Source: a virus (taxonomy: Duplodnaviria; Heunggongvirae; Uroviricota; Caudoviricetes). Taken from it: DNA of 38,381 nt. Numbering within the stretch: the first letter of the stretch is position 1; every line of letters begins with the position of its first letter. The stretch lies in the IMG/VR virus record IMGVR_UViG_2563366886_000002, positions 1 through 38,381 of that record. One strand, written 5' to 3'. The notes beneath the pieces are model-generated. The model had not been told where the DNA came from. It saw nothing but the letters and a program-made list of their open reading frames with translations, and searched no databases. Positions 8,013 through 16,502 of this stretch are shown in pieces. The translations under genes were made by a program, and so were the position numbers.

Positions 8013-8363
8013 ATGACTCAAAACTATGAACTGATTGTGAAAGGGATCCGCAATTTTGAGAATAAAGTTACGGTAACTTTAGCGTTACGGGACAAAAAAC
8101 GCTTTGACGGTGAAATTTTTGACCTGGACATCTCGCTGGACCGTGTTGAAGGTGCCGCGCTGGAGTTTTATGAGGCAGCAGCCAGAATGAGCATCAGACA
8201 GGTCTTCCTGGATGTTGCTGCCGGGTTATGTGAAGGGGATGAGCAGTCGCCGGAAAAGCGCCCCGTAATTTTAGAGGCGCAGAATGTATGGATAACCTAC
8301 AAAGGAAAGCTACCGGGAAGAATTACTGGTTCTCTGAAGACTCCTCCGGAATCACAACCTTAA
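8013..8363 (+). CDS. hypothetical protein inserted between holin and endolysin (116 aa)
   Basis: ORF MTQNYELIVKGIRNFENKVTVTLALRDKKRFDGEIFDLDISLDRVEGAALEFYEAAARMSIRQVFLDVAAGLCEGDEQSPEKRPVILEAQNVWITYKG...; starts 5 nt after the holin stop; no family recognised. Confidence 0.5.
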   Translation: MTQNYELIVKGIRNFENKVTVTLALRDKKRFDGEIFDLDISLDRVEGAALEFYEAAARMSIRQVFLDVAAGLCEGDEQSPEKRPVILEAQNVWITYKGKLPGRITGSLKTPPESQP

Positions 8364-8426
8364 GTCACTGACCGGAACAGATAAACCTGTCCGTGGGCAG
8401 AAACCGATAAATCCTGATAAATATCC

Positions 8427-8960
8427 ATGAACGCAAAAATCAGATACGGCCTGTCGGCTGCCGTTCTGGCACTGATTGCCGTCGGTGCGCCCGCGCCTGA
8501 TATTCTCGACCAGTTTCTGGATGAAAAAGAAGGTAACCACACAACGGCATACCGCGATGGGTCCGGCATCTGGACCATCTGTCGGGGTGCCACGATAGTG
8601 GATGGAAAACCCGTTTTTCCCGGTATGAAACTGTCGAAGGAAAAATGCGACCAGGTCAACGCCATTGAGCGTGATAAGGCGCTGGCATGGGTGGAGCGCA
8701 ATATTAAAGTACTACTGACCGAACCACAAAAAGCGGGTATAGCGTCATTCTGTCCCTATAACATTGGCCCCGGTAAGTGTTTCCCGTCGACGTTTTATAA
8801 GCGGCTGAATGCCGGTGATCGTAAGGGCGCATGCGAGGCGATTCGCTGGTGGATAAAAGATGGTGGGCGCGATTGCCGCATACGTTCAAATAACTGCTAT
8901 GGACAGGTTATTCGTCGTGACCAGGAAAGCGCATTAGCCTGTTGGGGGATAGAGCAGTGA
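8427..8960 (+). CDS. R: endolysin, lysozyme (T4-lysozyme-like fold) with N-terminal SAR-type signal-anchor
   Basis: N-terminal weakly hydrophobic Gly/Ala-rich segment [17 protein letters not shown], then E-x8-D-x5-T catalytic spacing ([20 protein letters not shown]); pairs with the pinholin. Confidence 0.85.
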   Translation: MNAKIRYGLSAAVLALIAVGAPAPDILDQFLDEKEGNHTTAYRDGSGIWTICRGATIVDGKPVFPGMKLSKEKCDQVNAIERDKALAWVERNIKVLLTEPQKAGIASFCPYNIGPGKCFPSTFYKRLNAGDRKGACEAIRWWIKDGGRDCRIRSNNCYGQVIRRDQESALACWGIEQ

Positions 8961-9418
8961 GCAGAGTCGCCGCGATTATTTATGCTTTGGTTATCTGCAT
9001 CATCGTCTGCCTGTCGTGGGCGGTCAATCATTACCGTGATAACGCCATCGCCTACAAAGAACAGCGTGATAAAAAAGTCAGTGAGCTGAAGCAGTCGATC
9101 GCCACCATCGCTGACATGCAGCAGCGTCAGCGTGATGTTGCTGCACTCGATGCAAAGTACTCGAGAGAATTAGCCAATGCGAAAGCTGAAAATGAAACTC
9201 TGCGCGCTGATGTTGCCGCTGGTCGTCGTCGGTTGCACATCAAAGCAGTCTGTCAGTCAGTGCGTGAAGCCACCACCGCCTCCGGCGTGGATAATGCAAC
9301 CAGCCCCCGACTGGCAGACACCGCTGAACGGGATTATTTCACCCTCAGAGAGAGGCTGATCACTATGCAAAAACAACTGGAAGGAACCCAGAAGTATATT
9401 AATGAGCAGTGCAGATAG
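8957..9418 (+). CDS. Rz: Rz-like i-spanin
   Basis: GTG start overlapping the endolysin stop (GTGA); N-terminal TM ([17 protein letters not shown]) then coiled-coil periplasmic domain; contains embedded Rz1. Confidence 0.8.
   Translation: MSRVAAIIYALVICIIVCLSWAVNHYRDNAIAYKEQRDKKVSELKQSIATIADMQQRQRDVAALDAKYSRELANAKAENETLRADVAAGRRRLHIKAVCQSVREATTASGVDNATSPRLADTAERDYFTLRERLITMQKQLEGTQKYINEQCR
9177..9359 (+). CDS. Rz1: Rz1-like o-spanin lipoprotein embedded in Rz (+1 frame)
   Basis: [24 protein letters not shown]... lipobox LVVVGC followed by proline-rich PPPPPAW stretch. Confidence 0.8.
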   Translation: MRKLKMKLCALMLPLVVVGCTSKQSVSQCVKPPPPPAWIMQPAPDWQTPLNGIISPSERG

Positions 9419-9449
9419 AGCTGCCCATATCGATGGGCAACTCATGCAA

Positions 9450-9743
9450 TTATTGTGAGCAATACACACGCGCTTCCAGTGGAGTATAAATGCCTAAAGT
9501 AATAAAACCGAGAAATCCATTTACGAATGTTTGCTGGGTTTCTGTTTTAACAACATTTTCTGCGCCGCCACAAATTTTGGCTGCATCAACAGTTTTCTCC
9601 TGTCCAATTCCCGAAACGAAGAAATGATGGGTGATGGTTTCCTTTGGTGTTACTGCTGTCGGTTTGTTTCCAACAGTAAACGTCTGTTGAGCACATCCTG
9701 TAATAAGCATTGCCAGAGCGGCAGAAAACAACATTTTTTTCAT
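9450..9743 (-). CDS. bor: Bor lipoprotein (serum-resistance protein of lambdoid phages)
   Basis: MKKMLFSAALAMLITGCAQQTFTVGNKPTAVTPKETITHHFFVSGIGQEKTVDAAKICGGAENVVKTETQQTFVNGFLGFITLGIYTPLEARVYCSQ, near-identical to lambda Bor from memory. Confidence 0.9.
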   Translation of the reverse strand: MKKMLFSAALAMLITGCAQQTFTVGNKPTAVTPKETITHHFFVSGIGQEKTVDAAKICGGAENVVKTETQQTFVNGFLGFITLGIYTPLEARVYCSQ

Positions 9744-10126
9744 CTTATTATCCTGCATTGTTAAAAACGGCAGAATCCTATGTGACAACAATTAAACGAT
9801 AGTTAAATGGATTGATGAAAATTAAAACTATATAGGTGGATGCTCAGCCTATCGGAGGTAGTCAGGATTTGAATGTCAGTCTGTTGTCGGCATTCTGGCA
9901 ATGCAATTTGGATAAAGCGGGGATTAAAAAGATAGAGGCGAGCCGGTCAGGTAGAAATGAATCAGGCTCAAAGTGAAGCGGAAAAGGTCTGTGGCACAAG
10001 CTGATGCAGCCATAATTACAGCCTGATGATTTGTGGAATGAAACATGTTGAACCTCCTTAATTGATGTTATTCGAGTGATGAAGGCATTCTGTCCTTCTA
10101 TAGTGTCCAGTAAATCAAACAGGAAA

Positions 10127-10148
10127 CTTGTCCAACGTGTTGGACAAG
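10127..10148. repeat. perfect 10-bp inverted repeat with 2-nt spacer upstream of HNH/terS
   Basis: CTTGTCCAAC gt GTTGGACAAG; no T run after it. Confidence 0.6.
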
Positions 10149-10268
10149 CCTCTCCATTAGTGAGTTGTATTGATCACAACTCTACAAAGAATTCATTACT
10201 GGGTAGATGAAAATAGTTTCACTATGAATGGAGGAGGCTATGTCGGTGGCTTCTTCATTGGAGTACAT

Positions 10269-10619
10269 ATGCCCCCACGAATCCCACGCGCCTGCCGTAA
10301 GCGTGGATGTGCAGGTACAACCACAGACAGTTCTGGTTACTGCGATAAACATCGTGGCGAAGGATGGGTACAGCATCAACGCGGACTGAGCCGCCACCAG
10401 CGTGGCTATGGCTCGAAATGGGATGCCATACGTGCGCGCATACTGAAGCGTGATAATCATCTGTGTCAGAACTGCCTGCGCAATGGGAGAGCCGTTGAAG
10501 CCAGAACTGTGGACCACATCATTCCGAAAGCTCATGGTGGCACGGATGCAGACAGTAACCTGCAGAGTCTGTGCTGGCCCTGTCATAAAGCAAAAACAGC
10601 GCGCGAACGCATCAATTGA
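10269..10619 (+). CDS. HNH endonuclease (packaging-associated), helper prophage
   Basis: MPPRIPRACRKRGCAGTTTDSSGYCDKHRGEG...CQNCLRNGRAVEARTVDHIIPKAHGGTDADSNLQSLCWPCHKAKT; immediately upstream of terS/terL. Confidence 0.8.
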   Translation: MPPRIPRACRKRGCAGTTTDSSGYCDKHRGEGWVQHQRGLSRHQRGYGSKWDAIRARILKRDNHLCQNCLRNGRAVEARTVDHIIPKAHGGTDADSNLQSLCWPCHKAKTARERIN

Positions 10620-10766
10620 TAACAGTTCCCATCTGTAGGGGAGGGGCAGGTCAAATCTCTGCAACCCTGGCTGCTCAGTACCGCCGCCTGACCTTTCCTC
10701 GCATCGCCGCAGGTTCGAAAACTTTTTTTTGGAATGTGATTAAATGATTGATAGGTAAAACCGATT

Positions 10767-11249
10767 ATGTCTGGACCCCCGAAAACCCCGCCACGCCTGC
10801 ATTTGATACGAGGTAACCCCTCAAAGCGGCCAGTTAAAGACTCCAAAAAAACCGCTAAAAAGGATGAAAAAGGTCTCCCTAAAATTCCGCAACATTTAGG
10901 GGCGCAGGGGAAGTACTGGTTCAGGCGAATGGCGGAAGAGCTGAATGCGGAAGGGATCATTTCTCAGCTCGATGCACGTGCGCTCGAGTTACTGGTGGAA
11001 GCCTACACCGAATACCGGCATCACTGCGAAATACTCGATGTTGAGGGTTATACCTACCGCACGGAAACGCAGAATGGCGATGTGCTGATCAAGGCACACC
11101 CGGCTGCTGCGATGAAGGCTGATGCCTGGAAGCGGATTCGGGCGATGCTTGCAGAGTTTGGTATGTCACCGGCAAGCCGGGCGAAAGTAAATACCGCCGG
11201 ACCGGATGATGTTGATCCGCTGGCAGAGCTTTTAAAAGCGAGAGACTGA
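10767..11249 (+). CDS. terminase small subunit (P27 family), helper prophage
   Basis: 160-aa ORF between HNH and terL; stop overlaps terL start; P27-family-like composition. Confidence 0.7.
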   Translation: MSGPPKTPPRLHLIRGNPSKRPVKDSKKTAKKDEKGLPKIPQHLGAQGKYWFRRMAEELNAEGIISQLDARALELLVEAYTEYRHHCEILDVEGYTYRTETQNGDVLIKAHPAAAMKADAWKRIRAMLAEFGMSPASRAKVNTAGPDDVDPLAELLKARD

Positions 11250-12277
11250 TGGCAAAAGTGGCTGACGGGATCCGCTACGCCGAACGTGTTGTTGCAGGAG
11301 AAATTGTTGCTGGCGAATTTGTCCGTCTGGCCTGCCAGCGTTTTCTTGATGATCTGAAGTACGGCGAAGAGCGGGGGATTTATTTCAGTGAACCTCGTGC
11401 ACAGCACATCCTTAATTTCTACAAATTTGTACCCCATGTGAAAGGGGCGCTGGCAGGTCAGCCCATTGAGTTGATGGACTGGCATGTGTTTATCCTCATT
11501 AATATTTTTGGTTTTGTCATTCCGCTGGTGAATGAAGAAACCGGGGAAGTTGTCATGCGCAGCGATGGCAGTGGACGCCCGGTGATGGTGCGCCGGTTCC
11601 GGACAGCATACAACGAAGTTGCCCGTAAAAACGCAAAATCAACCCTGTCATCGGGTATCGGTCTGTATATGACGGGGGCAGATGGTGAAGGCGGGGCTGA
11701 GGTGTATTCAGCCGCAACCACGCGTGACCAGGCCAGAATTGTGTTTGAAGACGCCAAAAATATGGTCAGAAAAGCCCGGTCGACACTCGGGCGGTTGTTT
11801 GATTTCAACAAGCTGGCGATTTACCAGGAGCAGAGCGCATCAAAATTTGAACCGCTTTCCTCGGATGCAAACAACCTGGACGGTCTGAACATCCACTGCG
11901 CCATTATTGATGAGCTGCATGCTCATAAAACCCGTGACGTGTGGGACGTTCTGGAAACGGCAACCGGTGCCCGTCTGCAGTCTCTGTTATTTGGCATCAC
12001 CACGGCTGGCTTTAACAAGGAAGGGATTTGCTACGAGCAGCGCGATTACGCCATTAAGGTATTGCGAGGCTATAACAGCGACGTGGAGGGCGCGGTAAAA
12101 GACGACTCCTACTTTGCGATCATTTACACGCTCGATGAGGGAGATGATCCGTTTGATGAAACGGTCTGGCAGAAAGCGAATCCTGGCCTGGGCATCTGTA
12201 AACGCTGGGATGATCTGCGTCGTCTGGCGAAAAAAGCGAAGGAGCAGGTCTCTGCGCGGGTGAATTTTTTTACCAAG
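11249..12277 (+). CDS. terminase large subunit, N-terminal (ATPase) portion only; interrupted by the inserted element
   Basis: MAKVADGIRYAERVV...KANPGLGICKRWDDLRRLAKKAKEQVSARVNFFTKK aligns by eye with residues 1 to about 330 of the intact terL at 25338..26999; frame then reads through the att junction into int. Confidence 0.8.
12263..12277. repeat. attL core (left junction of inserted element)
   Basis: AATTTTTTTACCAAG; 12/15 identical to AATATTCTTACCAAA at 27508..27522, with a 7-bp identical core TTACCAA; both copies in the terL reading frame. Confidence 0.6.
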
Positions 12278-12406
12278 AAAGTAACATCACGCCGTAACAA
12301 CAGTGCGACCTGTCCTGATTTTTTTAGTAACCAAATGAAAGAAAAAGATTTTTTTCTTGTTCGTCGTTTTTGTTTTTTCTGGAAGGTTCTGGCTGTTTTC
12401 ATCATT

Positions 12407-12429
12407 TGTGTATTGCACTGTGTATTGCA
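12407..12429 (+). repeat. tandem direct repeats (candidate integrase arm-type sites / int promoter), left arm
   Basis: TGTGTATTGCA c TGTGTATTGCA 20 bp upstream of the int ATG; related GTGTATTGC pair at 27419..27439. Confidence 0.5.
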
Positions 12430-12448
12430 AAAACGGGTTATAAATCAC

Positions 12449-13671
12449 ATGGCGCTAAACAAACTGAGCGATAAAAAACTTCGTTCCCTGCTTGGACGCA
12501 GGAGTGAGAGGCAGGAAACCATCGCTGATGGTAACGGGCTTTCGGTACGGGTCAGTAAATACGGATGTGTTAGTTTTGTTTTCTTTTACAGACTGGCGGG
12601 AAGGGAAACCGCGCCCATCTGGCTGACACTTGGAAAATATCCTGATCTGAGTCTCAAATCAGCGAGAGAGATGCGCGATCAGTGTCGAACTTGGCTTGCG
12701 GAGGGCAGAGATCCACGGATTCAGATAAAAATTGAACGGGAAGCCACCTTGCAACCTGTTACCGTTCGTGAGGCACTTGAATACTGGCTTGATAATTATG
12801 CAATGGATAAGCGTAGGGGAGCAGAACATATCAGGCAGTGCTTTGGTAAACATATTTATCCGGTGATTGGTCATGTACCACTTAGTGATTGCTCTATATC
12901 TATGTGGATTAAGTGTTTTGACAAAATAAAAAAAGTAGCACCTGTACAGGCCGGAGCTTTGTTGCGTATATCAAAACAGGCGCTTAAATTTTGTAGGGTA
13001 AGAAAATACGCGATTAGTCATGAAATTGATGATCTTGAGGTCTGTGATGTGGGAAAAAAGTCTGCGCGAAGAAGCAGGGTTTTAACAGATGATGAAATCA
13101 GAGATTTATGGCGAAGTATTAATACTGATTATGACAATCACGAATTATCATATGAAAACCGAATTATTTTACGTTTCCTGGTAGTTTTTGGTTGTCGACT
13201 GTCAGAAGTATTACTGTCGTCCTGGGTAGAGTGGGATTTTGATAAGAAATTATGGCGCGTTCCCGCTGATCATAGCAAAAATGGCAGGGAAATAATCAGA
13301 CCGATTCCTGATGGCATGTTTAACTGGTTAGTTACGTTAAAAAAATAACAGGTAACAAAGAAAATGTGATTGGGTTTGATATGCGTCAGTGTACGGCAAG
13401 CGTAACTATCGGTAAGACATGGAAAAGGATGAAACACTCGGAGAAATGGACGGCGCATGATATGCGAAGAGTGTTTGCCACAAAACTAAGTGATCATGGT
13501 TTTGAACATAATGTGGTTGAACAGTTGCTTGGGCACACATTAGGCGGTGTTGCCGGGGTTTATAACAGAAGCCAGTATATGGACAGAAAAAAAGAAGCTA
13601 TGAACTGGTGGTACGACTATCTGAATAAGCAAATTAGTGGTGACAGTAATGATTCAAATAGTTACGCGTGA
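12449..13671 (+). pseudogene. int: tyrosine integrase (P4-like), reading frame split by a frameshift at an A7 run
   Basis: N part MALNKLSDKKLRSLLGRRSERQETIADGNGLSVRV... ends TAA at 13346..13348; catalytic C part (..WTAHDMRRVFATKLSD..LLGH..VYNRSQY) continues in the -1 frame (13366..13671); A7 run at 13339..13345. Confidence 0.6.
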
Positions 13672-13870
13672 AGAACTTGAAAATGATGAAACAATCGACA
13701 GGATGATTAAGGAAGATGAATGTGCATGGTTAACCGCTCTTGGCAGGAGACACAGATCGTTACTTGAAAAGGAAGGAAAATTTCCACGAAAAATATGTAT
13801 TGGCCCACAAACAAAAGTCTGGCGCTTATCTGAGGTGCTGGAATGGGTAAAAGGTGAATGGAAACCCTGA
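13637..13870 (+). CDS. AlpA-family DNA-binding protein (excisionase/regulator-like)
   Basis: ...ECAWLTALGRRHRSLLEKEGKFPRKICIGPQTKVWRLSEVLEWVKG resembles AlpA helix-turn-helix; start uncertain (several Met). Confidence 0.55.
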   Translation: MVTVMIQIVTREELENDETIDRMIKEDECAWLTALGRRHRSLLEKEGKFPRKICIGPQTKVWRLSEVLEWVKGEWKP

Positions 13871-13895
13871 GCTAAATTAAATGAGATATAATCAA

Positions 13896-13918
13896 CCCGT
13901 CTTTTGGCGGGTTTTTTT
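13896..13918 (+). terminator. rho-independent terminator
   Basis: CCCGTC-TTTT-GGCGGG hairpin plus T7. Confidence 0.6.
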
Positions 13919-13933
13919 ATAGGTGATATTTTT

Positions 13934-14212
13934 ATGCAAAAATTTATTTATCCTACACCCGAAGAACGCATTCAGATTCTGAAAGATCATGGCGAACCGT
14001 ATGATCGCCGTATACGCGAACATGAGTGTGCCAATCGTACCGGGCTTTCAAGAAGCAGACGTTGGGTACTTGAACAGGAGGGAGCATTTCCTGCTCGTGC
14101 TCATTTAGGGAAAGTGTCTGTTTCCTGGTTGCTCTCTGATGTGCTCTGGTGGGTTATGCATCCGCCAGGAGTAAAGGAAGTAAACAGCCCATACAAAAAC
14201 GCCAATAAGTAA
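13934..14212 (+). CDS. second AlpA-like DNA-binding protein
   Basis: AGGTGA RBS; MQKFIYPTPEERIQILKDHGEPYDRRIREHECANRTGLSRSRRWVLEQEGAFPARAHLGKVSVSWLLSDVLWWV. Confidence 0.55.
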   Translation: MQKFIYPTPEERIQILKDHGEPYDRRIREHECANRTGLSRSRRWVLEQEGAFPARAHLGKVSVSWLLSDVLWWVMHPPGVKEVNSPYKNANK

Positions 14213-14233
14213 TTACCGACAACCCCGCACCAC

Positions 14234-14261
14234 GCAATGCGGGGTTTTTTGTATGTGAGGT
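14234..14261 (+). terminator. rho-independent terminator
   Basis: CCCCGCA-CCACGCAA-TGCGGGG plus TTTTTT. Confidence 0.7.
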
Positions 14262-14269
14262 AAAAAGCA

Positions 14270-14848
14270 ATGAATAAAAATATTGCCGTGACGGGCAAGG
14301 GTGACGCACGTCATGTGAAAAAATTCTGTGATATTCGTGATCTGGTCGTTCTGCGCTTTGATGGCGTGGATGTTCGTGTGGTGTATCTAAACGGCGATCC
14401 GTGGTTTGTTGCAAAGGATGTTTGTGCTGCGCTGGAACTGACCAATTCGCGTACGGCGTTGCAGATGCTTGATGATGACGAAAAGGGAGTAAATTTAACT
14501 TACACCCCCGGAGGAAATCAGAATATGAGCATTATCTCCGAATCAGGTTTCTACAAACTAATAGCCCGCAGCCGCAAAGCAACGACGCCTGGCACATTTG
14601 CTCATCGTTTCAGTAACTGGGTATTCAGAAATGTGATACCGGGTATCAGAAAAACGGGGGCTTATGGTATCCCGTGGGGCGCATTACAGGATTTTTCCCG
14701 CCGCAAAGAGCAATACCAGATAAGTGCCAGTGAGAAGGGGAGGGAGCTACAGGCATGTAAGCGCAAAAAGCGTGAGCTGGAGGAAGAAGAAAAAAGGCTG
14801 ATACGTGAATACCAGCCTGAGTTTTACTTTGGTGAGCGTATTCAGTAA
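14270..14848 (+). CDS. Bro-N domain protein (antirepressor-like)
   Basis: N-terminal VRVVYLNGDPWFVAKDVCAALELTNSRTALQMLDDDEKG typical of Bro-N/AntA N-terminal domains; charged coiled-coil C-terminus. Confidence 0.6.
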   Translation: MNKNIAVTGKGDARHVKKFCDIRDLVVLRFDGVDVRVVYLNGDPWFVAKDVCAALELTNSRTALQMLDDDEKGVNLTYTPGGNQNMSIISESGFYKLIARSRKATTPGTFAHRFSNWVFRNVIPGIRKTGAYGIPWGALQDFSRRKEQYQISASEKGRELQACKRKKRELEEEEKRLIREYQPEFYFGERIQ

Positions 14849-15126
14849 CCACACGCGGTGTTGATTATACGGTACATCGTGTTGACCGGGAAGCTACCCA
14901 CCAGCAAGGCAAAATCTTCTGCTAAAAAATGACATATGACCAGTCGTCCGGAAAGCATGAAATTTTACAAAAATGGAAAATGAAGATTTTTATTGTGCTG
15001 GTGGGTAAAAACAAAAAGCGCCCCGTTGCCGGAGCGCCCTTGCGAACAATTAACCTACTGCGCAAAAAATGAATATAAGCTGTGGAATTATATCAGACAG
15101 GTGACGAAGCGCCACTATTGCCGGAT

Positions 15127-15162
15127 AACAGGCAAAACAAAGGCGACCGCAAAAGGGTCGCC
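15127..15162 (-). terminator. rho-independent terminator for the leftward regulator operon
   Basis: GGCGACC-GCAAAAG-GGTCGCC perfect 7-bp stem; T-rich on the reverse strand (TTGTTTTGCCTGTT). Confidence 0.6.
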
Positions 15163-15228
15163 AGTGGGAACAAGGGAAAACAAAAGCATCACCAACAATG
15201 CCACATTTGCGGCTGGTGGGCAATGTGA

Positions 15229-15417
15229 TCAGTCAGATTTGGTTCGTTCCAAGGTTTGCAACGAGAGCTTTTTCCTGCGCTCTTTAAGGAATTTCTCAAG
15301 AGCAAACGAACAAGGTGCGAATCTTTCTGATTCATGCTCTATCTTTCTGCGCCGTCTTTTCCGTGTCGGTGATAATGTTTTGGTCAATTCTTTATCGGTC
15401 ATTGTGTTGTCCTGCAT
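15229..15417 (-). CDS. small basic hypothetical protein (62 aa)
   Basis: Reverse-strand ORF MQDNTMTDKELTKTLSPTRKRRRRKIEHESERFAPCSF...; downstream of the repressor-like gene, upstream of the reverse terminator. Confidence 0.35.
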   Translation of the reverse strand: MQDNTMTDKELTKTLSPTRKRRRRKIEHESERFAPCSFALEKFLKERRKKLSLQTLERTKSD

Positions 15418-15459
15418 AGCAATGCGCCGTAGTTACTCACACCACGGCGCTGATAGTGA

Positions 15460-15657
15460 TTATTCTGATTCTTTGGCCTTCCGGCGCTGTTCATATTTTA
15501 ATTTGCGTCCACAGGCATCTAAGACCCATGCGGAAAAATTAGCACTAGGATTAGTTAATTTTTCTTGTTCAACGCTGGCATCAATCCCATCTATAAGCTC
15601 ATGTGGGAATCGAATATTTTTCTTTGCTGATTTGTTGTTTGTGTTACCGCTAGACAT
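15460..15657 (-). CDS. small putative DNA-binding protein; candidate element repressor
   Basis: 65-aa reverse-strand ORF MSSGNTNNKSAKKNIRFPHELIDGIDASVEQEKLTNPSANFSAWVLDACGRKLKYEQRRKAKESE; divergent from, and adjacent to, the palindromic operator-promoter. Confidence 0.4.
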   Translation of the reverse strand: MSSGNTNNKSAKKNIRFPHELIDGIDASVEQEKLTNPSANFSAWVLDACGRKLKYEQRRKAKESE

Positions 15658-15725
15658 TGATGCACCTCACTTAAATGGACTTTATGGGCGCACACAATAC
15701 AGCAAAAAAAATGAGATGTTAAGTA

Positions 15726-15764
15726 TTGACATGTGCGCACACATGATTTTAATCTGTGCGCACA
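15726..15764 (+). promoter_or_regulatory. rightward early promoter of the element overlapped by two palindromic operators
   Basis: TTGACA (15726..15731) and TTTAAT -10 candidates; two perfect 10-bp palindromes TGTGCGCACA at 15732..15741 and 15755..15764, 23 bp centre to centre; degenerate third copy GCGCACACA at 15689..15696. Confidence 0.6.
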
Positions 15765-15862
15765 GTTTGAGTTTTGTCACTCAAATTAAGCAACGCCCCG
15801 CAGTGCTCGCAACACATGCAGGGCGTCTAACCACCAACGATAGCAAGAGTATCGAGGTAGCT

Positions 15863-16066
15863 ATGAGAAATCATACCACACACCCGCAAGGGCGGGACTC
15901 GCACAACCTGAATAAATATATCTGGCGTTTTATCGCCCTGAGCACGGCACAACCGCGCGTGATTACCATTGAGGCCACCAGCGAACAGGAAGCACGCCAG
16001 CAATCCCCGGCTGGCTGCGTGATGGTATTCGCCGCCCGTATTCGTCAGGGGGTACACCATGATTAA
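15863..16066 (+). CDS. hypothetical protein (67 aa), first gene of the rightward operon
   Basis: MRNHTTHPQGRDSHNLNKYIWRFIALSTAQPRVITIEATSEQEARQQSPAGCVMVFAARIRQGVHHD; stop overlaps next start. Confidence 0.45.
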   Translation: MRNHTTHPQGRDSHNLNKYIWRFIALSTAQPRVITIEATSEQEARQQSPAGCVMVFAARIRQGVHHD

Positions 16067-16271
16067 CCTGTCACTTACCGACCTTAACCGCATCCAGTTT
16101 CGTGAGAAATTCACCGGGCAGTTGCTAGTCAATGTGGATAAAGGTCGCGTGGTGAGTAATTACCACCTGCCAGATGAAGCAATTGTCGCAACAAGGGAAT
16201 CATTACAGGAACTCGCAGAGCGTGTCGGAATGATTAACGCGAATATTCAGGGGGGGGTGAGCCATGCATGA
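16059..16271 (+). CDS. hypothetical protein (70 aa)
   Basis: Start-coupled ORF MINLSLTDLNRIQFREKFTGQLLVNVDKGRVVSNYHLPDEAIVATRESLQELAERVG. Confidence 0.45.
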   Translation: MINLSLTDLNRIQFREKFTGQLLVNVDKGRVVSNYHLPDEAIVATRESLQELAERVGMINANIQGGVSHA

Positions 16272-16497
16272 TATTTACAATGACACAGTAGATCATGCAT
16301 ACAGCGCACTTGCTTACAGTGAAAACATGCTTGAAATATTGCGCTTATGGCTTGAAACGCTTGGCGATAATGAAAGAGATAAACGCAACAGCAATATTGC
16401 AACAGCATTAATAACGCTTCTTGAGCCTGTAATAAATGAACTGCAAGAAATAGACATCTTGCACGACAGATATAAAGAGCAACACACCGGGAAATAA
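16264..16497 (+). CDS. hypothetical protein (77 aa)
   Basis: Start-coupled ORF MHDIYNDTVDHAYSALAYSENMLEILRLWLETLGDNERDKRNSNIATALITLLEPVINELQE. Confidence 0.45.
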   Translation: MHDIYNDTVDHAYSALAYSENMLEILRLWLETLGDNERDKRNSNIATALITLLEPVINELQEIDILHDRYKEQHTGK

Positions 16498-16502
16498 AAA
16501 CC

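Noticed and set aside
10182-10960. Reverse-strand ORFs of 160 and 125 aa overlapping HNH and terS
   Set aside because: They are antisense to clearly recognisable packaging genes, with no RBS and implausible composition.
11249-13348. Single 699-aa ORF that looks like a terminase-integrase fusion protein
   Set aside because: The frame merely stays open across the att junction and the integrase 5' untranslated region; the integrase has its own ATG and upstream repeats, and the terminase homology stops at the TTACCAA core.
14993-16066. 357-aa plus-strand ORF spanning the repressor region
   Set aside because: It overlaps two convergent reverse-strand genes, two terminators and the operator-promoter, and is low-complexity. 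Only its last 67 codons (15863..16066), downstream of the promoter, are treated as a gene.
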